DNA from: Octopus sinensis
Taxonomy: Eukaryota
Reading direction: 5' to 3'
DNA length: 64,000 nucleotides
Assembly (NCBI RefSeq): GCF_006345805.1
Contig: NC_043003.1
Location: forward strand, 97,092,001 to 97,156,000
A model generated the notes under the pieces. It worked only from the letters and a program-made list of their open reading frames with translations. It did not search any database and was not told where the DNA came from. Of this stretch, positions 13,583 to 25,929 are shown piece by piece. How positions within the stretch are numbered: position 1 is the stretch's first letter; each line of letters starts with the position of its first letter. Made by a program: the position numbers and the translations under genes.

Positions 13583-13891
13583 TAATGTATACAGATTAAC
13601 AGATAGAGACAGATAGAGACAGATATATCAGATATATAACACACACACACACACATATTACCAACAGATAAACTCCATATAACATCTTATAACGAGAACA
13701 ACCCTAGAGATATCCATAAAATCAGAAGTGTTACTTTGCTATAATGGTTAAAACGTCTGCCATGTTTACAGATGCAAGTTCGAGTCACACAAAGATCTTT
13801 CGACCATTACTGCCTCCCTTCTTTAACCCATAAGTCTACACACTATTATTTGTAGCCTTATGTACATCAAATTCCACCATTAAGAATAATT

Positions 13892-13946
<55 letters not shown>

Positions 13947-14077
13947 TGTGTCTGTGTGTGTGTCTGTGTGTGTGTCTGTGTCTGTGTCTGTGTGTGTGTC
14001 TGTGTGTGTGTCTGTGTGTACATATATATAGGAAGAAGAAGAAACTGAAGGTTGCGAAGTTAATAGAGCTTACTATA

Positions 14078-14470
14078 AGGCGGCGAGCTGGCAGAAACGT
14101 CAGCACGCCGGGCAAAATGCTTAGCGGTATTTCGTCTGCCGTTACGTTCTGAGTTCAAATTCCACCGGGGTCGACTTTGCATTTCATCATTTCGGGGTCG
14201 ATAAATTAAGTACCAGTTACGCACTGGGGTCGATATAATCGACTTAATCCGTTTGTCTGTCCTTGCTTGTCCTCTCTGTGTTTAGCCCCTTGTGGGTAGT
14301 AAAGAAATAAGTATTTCGTCTGTGGCTACGTTCTGAGTTCAAATTCCGCCGAGGTCGACTTTGCCTTTCATCCTTTCAGGGTCGATTAAATAAGTACCAG
14401 TTAAGTACTGAGGTCAATGTAATCGAAAATCCTCCTCCCCCAAATTTCAAGCCTCGTGCCTATAGTAGAA
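14078..14470 (+). mobile_element. SINE family A, full copy followed by a 5'-truncated second copy with an alternative tail
   Basis: Body repeats from GTATTTCGTCTG at about 14311; second tail CCCCCAAATTTCAAGCCTCGTGCC. Confidence 0.85.
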
Positions 14471-14904
14471 AATAATAAGAGTTTATTATCAACAACAAAT
14501 CGATCATTATCCCTTACAGCTGTTTCAATTATATACAGGGAAATTAATTAAGTTTTCTGTATATATATGATATGAATTGGACATGGACGATTGTTGTATT
14601 CTTTCTTGTCGTGAGGTTCACAGCCAAACGGCTGGGTGGATTCGCGTGAAAAATGGCACATATCTGCAGACGGGCGCATATATTGGAAATTCAGTTTGTA
14701 TCTTTTTCCCAGCCCCCATACTTATCGAGAAAATCGATTAAAACCTTTCTAATGGAATTTCCCTATTCCGCCATTAAAACAACCAGTTGCTCACACAGCC
14801 GACATATACCATTTCGCTAGCAACAAGTGGAGTACAGGATGACAGTCAGCCAAAACTTTCGCTATGCTGTTTCTCTTCTTCTCTCTCACATACACACGCG
14901 CAAG

Positions 14905-14941
<37 letters not shown>

Positions 14942-15269
14942 GCACACACATACGCACACACACACATCCATTTCATATATCTTCTTTCAATTTCTGCTCT
15001 CTGCAAATAAAATTTTTACGGATACAACTGCTTACAAAATAGGGATTAATGTATAATTTCTTTCTATGTTCATAATTAAATCAATGTTTTAATGATTAGA
15101 CAGAGGTCCAATAGAATAGCTCTAAGAAATAGACTGCGTACAAATTATGGAGCTGTTCTCCGACAAGGGTGAAGGCTCCAATCAAAACAGGGGACCCGAA
15201 ATAATAAGGTTGAGAAACGCTGTTATAGATTATGCCAAACCGAAAACGATCACGGCCACATCATCCAAA

Positions 15270-15301
15270 CAGACCGGGTGAAACCGGGCTTAGCTGCTAG
15301 T
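15270..15301 (+). mobile_element. Possible Helitron 3' end
   Basis: Imperfect GC hairpin CCGGGTGAAACCGGG followed shortly by CTAG|T. Confidence 0.4.
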
Positions 15302-15663
15302 ATATATATATATATATAGGGTAAAAATTCCACTAGCCATTTGAATCTACCTGATCACCATGTATCTATATCAGTTTCTTCTTAGGGGTAATGGATAATA
15401 AAAAAAAAGTGTAAACGCATTTATATGTGTATATAAATATTCTTTTCCTTCTCTCTGAACTTTTTCCTCTCTGCTCTTTCTGACAAAGAGCCAAGTTCAA
15501 AATTCACACCCTTTCTTTTATCCTTAGAATTTCTCAGAGCCTCAATTTAATACATACACTTTGACATCGTTGCTTTTCCAGTTTCATCTTTACTTTTTAT
15601 TTACCTTCATATATATATATATATATGAACACACACACGCAACACGCAAACATACACATATAC

Positions 15664-15703
<40 letters not shown>

Positions 15704-16100
15704 TATATATATTATATATATATATATATACGCATGTCTGTCTGTCTGTGTGTGTGTGTGTGTGTGTGTCCAATAATAGCGACGAAAGTAACAAAATGTG
15801 AAGGGGGACGAACATGGATTCACCTGTAGGAAAGCAACATGGTAGGTAATTGCTGAATCAGGGTTTCCTATTATTTGTGACTATATCCACGTATGTATAT
15901 CGATATGATATGAAACCGAGCAATATGTGTTTATTTTATCGATAAAATATTCGTAGAGTACATAATATGTGTGGATGTAATGTTAAGAGGTTTATATCTG
16001 TGAATGGGTATGTGTGTGAATTTGTGCTGCTGTGTTTGAGTGAATATGGAGTAAAAGCTTTAAAATGGTTTTATAGGGAATTGTGTATACGTATGTATGA

Positions 16101-16133
<33 letters not shown>

Positions 16134-16199
16134 TGTATGTATGTATGTATGTATGCATGTATGTATGCATGTATGCATTCATACTTGCATGCATTTTTG

Positions 16200-16530
16200 C
16201 TTGTTAAGGCGGGTGGTCTTCTTTGGACAACAAGCAAGATGAAAAGCAGCTGTTCTTTGACAAGTTTCGCTTTTCAAAGGACAGGTGAACTTACTAGGAT
16301 CAGCGGTTATCCAACAGCTCGGACTTGAATGACCCCTAGTGTTTGTTAAACCATCTATCTTGAAGAAAATATCTAAATAACATGTGTCCATTGGCGAAAT
16401 TGGAGATCATGCTCTAGCTTGTGTCCGGATTAGTTAATTTTGTAGGTGAGAATCTTACCAGTGTTATGCAAGCCGTTATTTCAGTACGGGCGCTACTGAT
16501 AGCTATTGTTTTTAACATCTAGGATAGATA
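16200..16530 (+). mobile_element. Unclassified decayed coding repeat (copy of 1110-1320)
   Basis: Shared nucleotide and translated similarity. Confidence 0.4.
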
Positions 16531-16635
16531 ATTTTTCAGTGTCGGTCAAACTCGTCAACGAATTAACAGCAATCACGTATGTACGTATATATGTATGCAT
16601 GTACGTACATGCGTATATATGTATGTATGTATGTT

Positions 16636-17140
16636 GCATGGTCGGGTCGTCGGCGACTAAACCGGCAACCCCATCAAGCTTGCTTGGTGAGGAGGGTGTT
16701 TATTGGACACCCTGCGGGGTGAAAAGCAAAACCCGTTAAAGGGCGGAGGAACTCTTGAGAGTCAACGGCCATCCAATAAATGTCTTAAAGCTGTATCATG
16801 CGCGGGGACATAGAAATAATCGGACTGAATACCTGATCGCGTGGTTAAGCCATTGGGAGTGAAGGACTCCTAGCCTCTGTTAGAGCATCCTTCTAGGAGA
16901 AGGTAACTCAGGTAACTGGGATAACTCCGATATAAAAAACTGCGGCTCAGTGGTTACCGATGATGTTAACTTGTTCTTCTTTTCAGATTATGGCTGCTGT
17001 TGCTTAGTGAGTGGGATTGACTCAGTGCACAGCCTTTCCTCACTTTAAAAAAAAAATCTTCTTGCACAGGCATTGCACAATAACAACATTGATTATGCTT
17101 CGTGCAATGGCCATAGTCGATAACGAGGGGGCAGCCACCA
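16636..17140 (+). mobile_element. About 500-bp RTE-derived non-autonomous element in an (ATGT)n tract
   Basis: Copies at 47071 and 47629; CTAGGAGAAGGTAACTC 5'-UTR-like motif and a terminal stem-loop followed by an (ATGT)n tail, as in RTE 3' ends. Confidence 0.7.
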
Positions 17141-17602
17141 TGTATGTATGTCAATGTTCGAGTGTACCTTGTTGCTATTTCTTACGTTATTCTATTGTTG
17201 GGTATGTCGCAAATGACAAAATTGAATATGCGAATGCGTTACGTATAATTGTGTGTATGTCTATTTTGTATGTATGCGTGCTATTTAAATACATGTATGT
17301 GTGTGCCAGCGACTTACACAGAAGTTGTGTGAGGACAATGATGAGTGCGCATGTCTGTGAACATGAGGTGTTGTATAGTTTACCATATCATATTTACGTG
17401 TTTTACTAGTGTCTCGCTGATTTTGATAGAAATTCTGTGAAGTAATTGCACTGGTGTTATGGAACTATGTGTATATGAGTGTAAGCATTAATGTGAACGT
17501 GTTTACGTATTATGGTTGTTAGGTTTAGCGCAAGTGTTCTTTTTTTTTTTACATTTTTGTGTATGTGGTTTGAGCCTTCTATGTATGAATGTGCGATTAG
17601 TA

Positions 17603-17856
17603 TACTCTTTACTCTTTACTCTTTTACTCTTTTACTTGTTTCGGTCATTTGACTGTGGCCATGCTGAAGCACCGCTTTTAGTCGAGCAAATCGAGCCCCA
17701 GGAGTTATTCTTTGTAAGCCTAGTACTTATTCTATCGGTCTCTTTTGCCGTACCGCTAAGTTACGGGAACGTAAACACACCAGCATCGGTTGTCAAACAA
17801 TGTTGGGGGCACAAACACACACACACACACACAACACACACAACACACACATATAT

Positions 17857-17925
<69 letters not shown>

Positions 17926-18096
17926 TACGACAAGCTTCTTTCAGTTTCCGTCTACCAAATCCACTCACAAGGCTTTGGTCGGCCCGAGGCTATAGTAGAA
18001 TAGAAGGCACTTGCCCAAGGTGTCACACAGTGGGACTGAACCCGGAACCATGTGGTTGGTAAGTAAGCTACTTACCACAAAGCCACTCCTATGCCT
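17603..18096 (-). mobile_element. SINE family B
   Basis: Family match. Confidence 0.92.
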
Positions 18097-18317
18097 ATGT
18101 ATCAGTATATATATATGTATCTAATGTTTGTTTGTGAGTACCATTTCAATACATGTGATTGAACCTGTGTGTGTTCAGATAATTGTGTTGTTGAAGTTAT
18201 ATGATTAGAAGATATACAGGGGTTCATGTGTGTACGTGTATTTCATGGATATGCATGTGGGTGGAAAAGGTAGCGTTTATGTATGCATGCGGATTGTGTT
18301 GCGTGTAGAGTCGGTTA

Positions 18318-18355
<38 letters not shown>

Positions 18356-18379
18356 TGTGTATGTATGTGTGTGTGTGTG

Positions 18380-18413
<34 letters not shown>

Positions 18414-18735
18414 CGCATGTGTGAAATGAAAATGTGATTGAATCCTTAGAGAGTGTATGCTTGGAAGGAGAAAGAAAAAAAGGAGTTCACAGAAGTAGAA
18501 TATGTGGTGAATGTGTGTAAATACATGCACACACACACACACATACACACACACACACAAACACATACATATATAGTATACATATATGCATATAAGTGTA
18601 CACACAAATGTATGTATGTATATCTGTACGTATGTATGTATTAGAAAGGTCTTTCTCGAATGCCACCGCCGTTACCTCGTGAGTGCTCACCGATGCCATC
18701 GCCGCCCTCCGCCTCCCGACCCGATGAATGATAAA

Positions 18736-18895
18736 AACAGGCGCAGGCTCGGTTATGTGATCAAGAAGCTCGCTTTGCAGACATGTGGTCTCCTGATTGG
18801 TTCCTCTGCGTGGCACTTTGGTTCACTGCCTTCTATTATAGACCCAGAGTCGACTAATGTCACGTGAGGGAATTTGGTATGTAAAAATCCGCCGT
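18736..18895 (+). mobile_element. Highly diverged SINE family B head
   Basis: Alignable by eye to the B head (AGGCGCAGG...GCGTGGCACTTTGG...). Confidence 0.6.
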
Positions 18896-18975
18896 ATATA
18901 CATATATACGTATATATACATATATATACGTGTGTATGTATATATATACACATATACGTGTGTGTATATATATAT

Positions 18976-19010
<35 letters not shown>

Positions 19011-19058
19011 CCTTTATCTTTTACTTGTTTCAGTCATTAGACTGCGGTCATGCTGGGG

Positions 19059-19700
19059 AACCGTATCATTCTATATTCTGGGAATGCAATCTGTTGTCGA
19101 TGCAGTGTGCATCTACGTCTGAGTGATAGTCCCGTGGACCCCACGTAGTCTTGGTGGCAGCCCGAGCATTTAATGACATAAATTATGTTTTTAGTGAACA
19201 CATTGAGAAATGCGCAAAGCAACTACAACCACAATTTTTAATCTTTCCATTTTACCAATGTGCTTTCGGATCATCATCACAAATTAGACTAAATAAGGAA
19301 ACATTCTTCATTGAAAAGTACAAACCCAAACTCAACTATCCGAACTCAATAATACAGAGAAATTCACACTAAAGGAAAAAAAATTTTTTAAGCGATTATC
19401 TCCCTTACACCGGAAGAAATCACTCACTACTTTCCCTTATTTAGAACTCTCCTTAGCAAAAATACAAGGATTACGTTATTAAAAATAAACATTAAGTCAC
19501 AAGAAATTTGAAGAGCTAACTGCGAAACCGGTATTTCTTTAAAAATTATAAAATTATGTCATTTTAAGGAAAGGAAAAATATTTTTCCAATATTCTCCAG
19601 ACATTTTGACGCAAATATATATATTTTTTAACATTTAAGCCTTCTGTCGTTTTTTCACTCTTTACTATTTTCTTATATATTCATCCACGTGCTTTACCAA
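19059..19700 (+). mobile_element. 5'-truncated Penelope-like element (GIY-YIG remnant plus 3' pLTR) with inverted 5' segment
   Basis: Minus 19059-19195 reads TKNIIYVIKCSGCHQDYVGSTGLSLRRRCTLHRQQIAFPEYRMIRF; plus 19190-19372 continues FSEHIEKC...RLNKETFFIEKYKPKLN. Confidence 0.85.
19501..19539 (+). ncRNA. Minimal type I HHR-like motif in Penelope 3' pLTR
   Basis: AAGAAA T TTGAAGA GC TAACT GC GAAA CCGG TA TTTCTT; palindromic ACCGGT stem III; C3 is U. Confidence 0.6.
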
Positions 19701-19713
19701 ACAAACTTTCTTA

Positions 19714-19744
<31 letters not shown>

Positions 19745-19749
<5 letters not shown>

Positions 19750-20135
19750 ACCAAAGTGTACGTACGCCGCTATATTTTTTTATATATAAAATTACAAAAA
19801 TGGGACAAGAACGCAAAACATTCTTACAGACGATACAAAGAAAACAAGGACGAGTCATTCGGAGTTTTCTATCCTCAGTCGAGTTCCAGATTATTTTCGC
19901 AATTTCGGTTAGTTATATTCGAGATTGCTCCAATCTGGCCAGCCCCAAGGAAAAACTGAGCTAGGAGCATTAGATTCCTTGGAAGAAAGCAACGAATGTA
20001 TGCGAAAACAAAGACGAAAAAAAGAACGGAGAATATTACAGAAATACAAAAATAGAACTCTCGAAAAAAAAAAGACTTAAAAATTTAAAAACGCAGTAAA
20101 CTCCAAAATTTAAAAAACGGCAGAAACTTAGTTGT
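19745..20135. mobile_element. Unclassified short interspersed repeat between (AT)n tracts
   Basis: Complex sequence bracketed by microsatellites like the other pLTR-type repeats; single copy in this window. Confidence 0.4.
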
Positions 20136-20143
20136 CAATGCTA

Positions 20144-20211
<68 letters not shown>

Positions 20212-20224
20212 TGCATGAGTACAT

Positions 20225-20575
20225 TTCTGCCTGTGTTTGTTCCCTACCATCACTTGACAACCGGTTTTGGTGTGTTTACATTTCCGTAACCTAGCAGTTC
20301 AGCAAAAGTGACTGATAGAATAAGCACCAGGCTTAAAAATAGAAAAAGTATTGACGTCGATTCATTCGACTAAAACTTTTTCTAGGCAGTCCCCCAACAG
20401 ATTACAGGTAAGTTCACTGCAAGGAAAGCTTACTGAGAAAATATATCCACCGTATCTCACCATTAATAGTTTAAAACTATTTTATTGAAGACAAACGGTG
20501 AATTGATGAGGGTGAACTTACCGGACATGGCCTCAACATGGCCGCAGTCTAACGACTGAAATAAGAAAAATATAA
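20225..20575 (+). mobile_element. SINE family B tail with a small TIR insertion at about 20405-20523
   Basis: B tail interrupted by a segment bounded by GGTAAGTTCAC / GTGAACTTACC. Confidence 0.7.
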
Positions 20576-20888
20576 AAAGATATGTAGTGTTTTTTTCTGT
20601 TTTATTAACTTAGAGTTAGTCTTGCGTAGGGTTTTTGTGGCGTGAAATCCGAGTCACGAGACAGGTCACCAGCTTCAGTTTTAATAACTAAAAAAAAGAA
20701 AAAATCATATCCTCTACAATATGTATTGAGCACACTTTTTTGAGAATTTTTTCTACATTAAACAACGTGCGATTGTCGTTGTGTTGATATGAGGATGATG
20801 ATGTTCTTCGTCATCATCATCATCATCACCATCAACATCATCAACATCCTCATCATCATCATCATCATCAACAACAGTAGCAACAACA

Positions 20889-21270
20889 GTGGAGGCGCAA
20901 TGGCCCAATGGTTAGGGCAGCGGACTCGCGGTCGCAGTTTCGATTCCCAGACCAGGCGTTGTGTGTGTTTATTGAGCGAAAACACCTAAAGCTCCCCGAG
21001 GCTCCGGCAGGGGGTGGTAGCGACCCCTGTTGTACTCTTTCGCTCCAACTTTCTCTCACTCTTTCTTCCTGTTTCTTGTCCCCGACTTCCTACGCAACCG
21101 CCGAGCCTGGATGCGCATTCGTCCATCGGTCGATGCTCTCGGTGTCGGGGGTTGACCTGATCTCTCTTCTGCGGGGTCTTACGAATAGCAAAGGACCTCG
21201 TTACGGAGGACTTCTCCCACGACAGGAGGCGTGATCATGCGAGCTCTGGGATGAAGACCGTTTCGCTCAA
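20889..21270 (+). mobile_element. SINE with family-D-like tRNA head and a different 3' body
   Basis: GGAGGCGCAATGGCCCAATGG...TTCGATTCCC head; AAACACCTAAAGCTCC core shared with family D; (AAAC)n tail. Confidence 0.8.
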
Positions 21271-22620
21271 CAAACAAACAAACAAACAAGCAGCAACAAC
21301 AACAACATCACTAGCAGCACTAACTGTATTAGCGTAGCAACTTTCCTATTGCGGTCGATATAGTTCAGTTTCCCATCTCTTCTATTATTATGAAAAAATA
21401 TCAGCTGAAAATCAGCTACAAACATAGCCATTTTATCTCGTTTGTCTATTCTTCAGAGGTTTTGAGAGTTTTTTTTTTTCTCGTTTTCTTTTTTCATTAT
21501 TTTACAACTGTGATATTTTTTGGACGACTTTAACAAATTTAGCTAAGTATTCAATTTTAAAACTTCTAAATTAGAACACACCGTTTAGATAAAAATGCCT
21601 TTCGGTAAAAAACTAATATAATTATATTATATAATCATATTATTATTATGACCTTAATGTAAAAACTCTTAGCGTAGCGACGATGTTTCTATCCGTTAAA
21701 TATCCGCAAATATTTTTATTAAATGAATTTAGTAGAAGAAAAAAAAACTCCTCCTCCGCTGTCTTTTTATTTATTTTTTTCTGTTTTATGTTATCACCGA
21801 CTTTTACACTTTAGGGAAGATTCGCTTATTTAGTTAGACTTGTATTTTTAAATCACATACTTCACAAATCTCGGTTGAAAAGCTTCATTAGTAAAAAGAA
21901 AAACTATATCACCTTTGCTGACAAAGTGTATTTGAGGTCGTCTCCTGATGATTGACTGGATTGTCTTTTAATAGCTTTTATTGTTTGTGTTTCATTGCAA
22001 GATGAAAAAGTTATTTATGTTTTTTTATGTCTCTAACTTTTCGAATAACTGTCGGAAATAATCTTTTCAACTTGACTTTCTAATTTTTATTCTTGCTTGC
22101 AGCTGTAGTCGTAAACAAGTCACATCTATTGTAAAAATAATAAATAAATAGAAAGAAACAAGTCTACTATATATTTCATACATAAAAAAAGATAATGTTG
22201 TTATGAATTTATTTACCGAATGACACAGAAGTAGTGACATCACGGTCATGTAGAATTCGACGATGGGTTGCAAAGTTAATATTCTAGTAATGTACAATTT
22301 TCATGGCCAAAATACTTTAACTCATTTCATTTTGCTATAAAGAGATATATGAGCGTTACTGTGAGTTGCGAGACTTGTAAAATAAGCAAATATTTCCTTC
22401 TTATTGACATAAACTTAGTAAATCTCTCATCACTACTTTGACAATTATATGATAAAATTAATTTGACTTGTTGCACCTGCAGATAGTGTCCTTAAATATT
22501 TTCTACCAGTAGTTTATTCTTTAAAACATTCTAGCTTTCACAGTTCCACATTCATATACAGTAGTTTACATCTAATTACTGATCCTTTCATCACAACTTA
22601 CTCGAGTAGGTGAAGTCTCT

Positions 22621-22662
22621 ACTTCGCTGAAGAGGACTAATAATACCGAAACGTTTCAGAGT
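22621..22662 (+). ncRNA. Degenerate HHR-like motif
   Basis: CTGAAGA GG ACTAATAATA CC GAAA CGTT; stem I imperfect. Confidence 0.4.
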
Positions 22663-23636
22663 TGTTTCTCTTTTCACCGTAATACTTAAAATAATAGAGG
22701 TCACTGATTACTATTGTCTTTTCTTCACTATATAAGTATATCTAATTAGTTTCTATATCTAATGTGGAAACACTGACTTTATCGTTTCCAAAGAGATAGC
22801 GCTTCTCTTCAAAATGTGTTTTCTGTTTCTTTGTTTCAAGTTTTCTATTTTCGACAACTTGAAAGTACTCTTTGCTGCAAGACTCTGGAAAAAGCAGAAA
22901 CACTTTGTTTCTCTGCAACGATTTCAAGGAAACAAAGTCAAAGAAGGCGAAATCAACCTAATTAGATGCTAATTATCCAGGAATGTAATGCACATTAAAC
23001 ATATTGGTCGTCTAAGTGCCAAGAGAATATAGTAAGCACAAAATATCAATTAAAATTTTCCTGCATTGAGATGAAAACAGAAGCACAGTATGTAATGTTA
23101 GTCTTTGATCTAATGCTTTCCATCTTTGGTTTGCATACGCAACTCTAATTTTAATTAATTAAAATTTTGAAAACATCTCTATCCATCGACAATATTTTAT
23201 CAACAGTAGTCATTGAGCCTATGGTTCTCTCTTCTCACTGTAAAGGTAATTTTAGTTGAAATTATTTTGCTCTCTTCCTTGACTATGTCAATATTAACTC
23301 AATGTTGTTTAAAGTGGATGGCGACCCTAGGTAATTTCTCTTACTGTGTTGACAGAATACCACGTGTTGTATATCTCTAGAGTTACCCATAGATTCTCAC
23401 TATATCAGTGCGGGTTGGAAAACTGAATGCTTCTCTGATGAGAATATCAAACCACATCTTAGGTTTCCACTGTACTGGGCAAATATGAGATTAAATTGGT
23501 GTTAATCCTCGAGCTAACGTGTTCCTTTTCTTATTTCATGCGTATTTCTAATTTTCTTAATTTAATTAACATTTTGAAGTTATTGCTTTTTGCTTGACTA
23601 GATTTGATTATCATTAGTCATTGAGATCATACTTAC

Positions 23637-23645
23637 CTTTCATCA
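23637..23645 (-). other. Candidate 9-nt microexon
   Basis: TTTTTCTTACAG|TGATGAAAG|GTAAGTAT on minus. Confidence 0.3.
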
Positions 23646-24424
23646 CTGTAAGAAAAATTCAATTAATTGAGATTGTTTTGCTCCCCTTAAATATGGTAGC
23701 ACTCACTCAAGATAATTAGGTATGTTACCGGTATGTGTTATTTATGAACACAAAATAACAAAAAATTCTTCAGGAAAGGAATTTAAATTTAAGTTCATGT
23801 TCCTTTCGTGAAGAAAGTAAAAGATGGAAAAGGTAAAATGCCAAGTTAATTACCTTACAGTATTAAGTAATATTCCTTTACGCTCTGACTTCAAATCCAG
23901 ACCGAAACAAATTTGCCTTTCGTCAAGGATCGACAAAATACGTAACAAAGTTGAATTTCCGGCGATAACATTTCTCAACAAATTAGGAGAACGAGCAATA
24001 TGTCAATACGACCCTTGTAGAACAAGGGACGTGTTAACATATTCCTGTATATGCTTATAAATGCCTATAACTGAATGTTGGAACACCAACCGAAGAATCA
24101 GTGGTTCGCATTTTGTCATTGTTATTGGTAACATACGGCATCTACATATAGTATGCTTACTTGTTTAATGACTAAGTGATAATATATATTAGGCAGGTGC
24201 AACAGCATTATAAGCTGTACATGCACGGTAACATTTGATGAAGGTTTTGTCTCCTCTTTGTGCTAAGATAATTATTATTTCTATGGCTCTTTTGCTCTAA
24301 CAGATGTTATACCGACACTATACAAAAAAAGCGAGCCATCTCTATTCTCAGTACGTGTAACGTACCAGTTAAGAAAATTTTTTGCATTTCCTTCGTGGAT
24401 GGTAAGCCAGGGATCATTCTCAAA

Positions 24425-24680
24425 TAATTTTCAGTTCCTTTTTTGATCATTCTAAGTGCTCCTACAATCACAGGTATCGTAACTGTCTTAAATTAGCAAA
24501 TCTTTATATGTTCTGAGCTTCTCAAATTCTTTTGCCGAGATATTATGGTCACAGACTATGCTCATGTCAATCAATAAACATGCTATATTGCTTTGGTCTT
24601 TCACAACAATTTCTGGTTTATTAGCTTTGATGATTCGGTCTGTACATCACCATTTTTCATCACATTGGCTTGATAGTTCC
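24425..24680 (-). mobile_element. REL-endonuclease LINE (R4/Dong-like) remnant
   Basis: Minus reads DRIIKANKPEIVV...IDMS...HNISAKEFEK...YKDL. Confidence 0.7.
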
Positions 24681-25130
24681 GGATCAATAAGCTCTGATCT
24701 TGAGCAGCGATAATAAGGCCTTCGCTCTCTGCTCTTAGCCCTGAGCCCCGTAGCCGCTGATAGGGTTACTTTTGGTCTACATTAGCTTGATTGTTACGGG
24801 ACGCATATTCCTCATGCCGTAGTTTTTTCTTCTCACCTATCAGTCAATTGTTCAAAGGCATTTTGCCTTTCCATTGATTTCACCTTCTTTGCAACTACAG
24901 TTGACGCACTTCCATCATGCTGTTCAACCAGGGTATTATGAATAAACTCACTTGAAAATTGTTTGCTCGCCTTCATAACAAAATGAAGCTTCAGGTTCTG
25001 TTGCAGCTCCTGGGGTGTGGCATGCGTAACGGGCTTACTACCTGCAGTCTACGGTACCATACTATTCGCTCTTTTCAGCTATCTAATACTTTCCTGATTA
25101 TTCTGGCCGTGCCAAGGGGGTAAAACATTA

Positions 25131-25142
25131 CTATTATTATTA

Positions 25143-25194
<52 letters not shown>

Positions 25195-25265
25195 CATTAA
25201 TACTACTACTACTACAACTACTACTACTACTACTACTACCACCACTGCTGCTGCTACTACTACTA

Positions 25266-25297
<32 letters not shown>

Positions 25298-25394
25298 ACT
25301 ACTACTACTGCTACTACTACTACTACTACTACTACTACCAGTACTACTACTATTATTATTATTATTATTATTAATATTATCATTATTACTATTA
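25131..25394. repeat. Compound (ATT)n/(ACT)n/(GCT)n triplet repeat
   Basis: Directly visible. Confidence 0.95.
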
Positions 25395-25606
25395 AGGCAG
25401 TGAGTTGGCAAAATCGTTAGCATGCCTAGCAAAATGCTTAGCAGCATTTCGTCCGTCCTCACGTTATGAGTTCAAATTCCGCCAAGGTTCACTTTGCCTT
25501 TCGTCCTTCCGGGGTCGATAAAAAAAGTACCAGTCGAACATTGGGGTCGATGTAATCGACTTATTCTCTTTCCGAAATTTCTGGCCTTGTGCTAAAATTT
25601 GAAATC

Positions 25607-25610
<4 letters not shown>
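25395..25610 (+). mobile_element. SINE family A (alternative tail)
   Basis: Family match. Confidence 0.85.
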
Positions 25611-25667
<57 letters not shown>

Positions 25668-25679
25668 GTATGTATGTTA

Positions 25680-25915
25680 TACGTGTGTGTATGTGTTTGT
25701 GTCTTTGTGTGCCTGTGTTTGTCCCCCAACACTACTCGACAACTGGTGTTAAGTATTTACGTACCCGTAATTTAGTGGTTCGGCAAAAGAGACCTGTAGA
25801 ATAAGTATCAGGCTTAAAAAATAAGTATCAGTGTCGATTTTGTTCGACTAAAAATTCTTCAAGATGGTGCCCCAGTAATGGCCGCAGTCAAATGACTGAA
25901 ACAAATAAAAAATAA
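25680..25915 (+). mobile_element. SINE family B tail half
   Basis: Family match. Confidence 0.8.
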
Positions 25916-25929
25916 AAGTAATTATTTTA

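Noticed and set aside
18655-18850. GC-rich stretch with CCAAT and GC-box-like words suggesting a promoter
   Set aside because: Most of it is a decayed SINE-B head on the other strand, so the motifs are likely incidental.
19855-19900. Minus-strand CTGAGGA...GAAT...GTC motif
   Set aside because: GAAA is broken and there is no stem I pairing.
22742-22927. 61-aa non-repetitive ORF (possible terminal exon)
   Set aside because: No recognisable domain and no convincing splice context; cannot be supported without RNA data.
23430-23465. CTGATGAGAATATCAAAC motif
   Set aside because: G12 is missing and stems I and III do not form.
23630-23640. ATACTTACCT (U1 snRNA 5' end); also at 59371
   Set aside because: No further U1 sequence follows; better read as antisense splice donors.
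25079-25462. ORF resembling a signal peptide plus N/S-rich secreted protein
   Set aside because: The N-terminus is the antisense of a SINE-A head and the rest is a triplet microsatellite.
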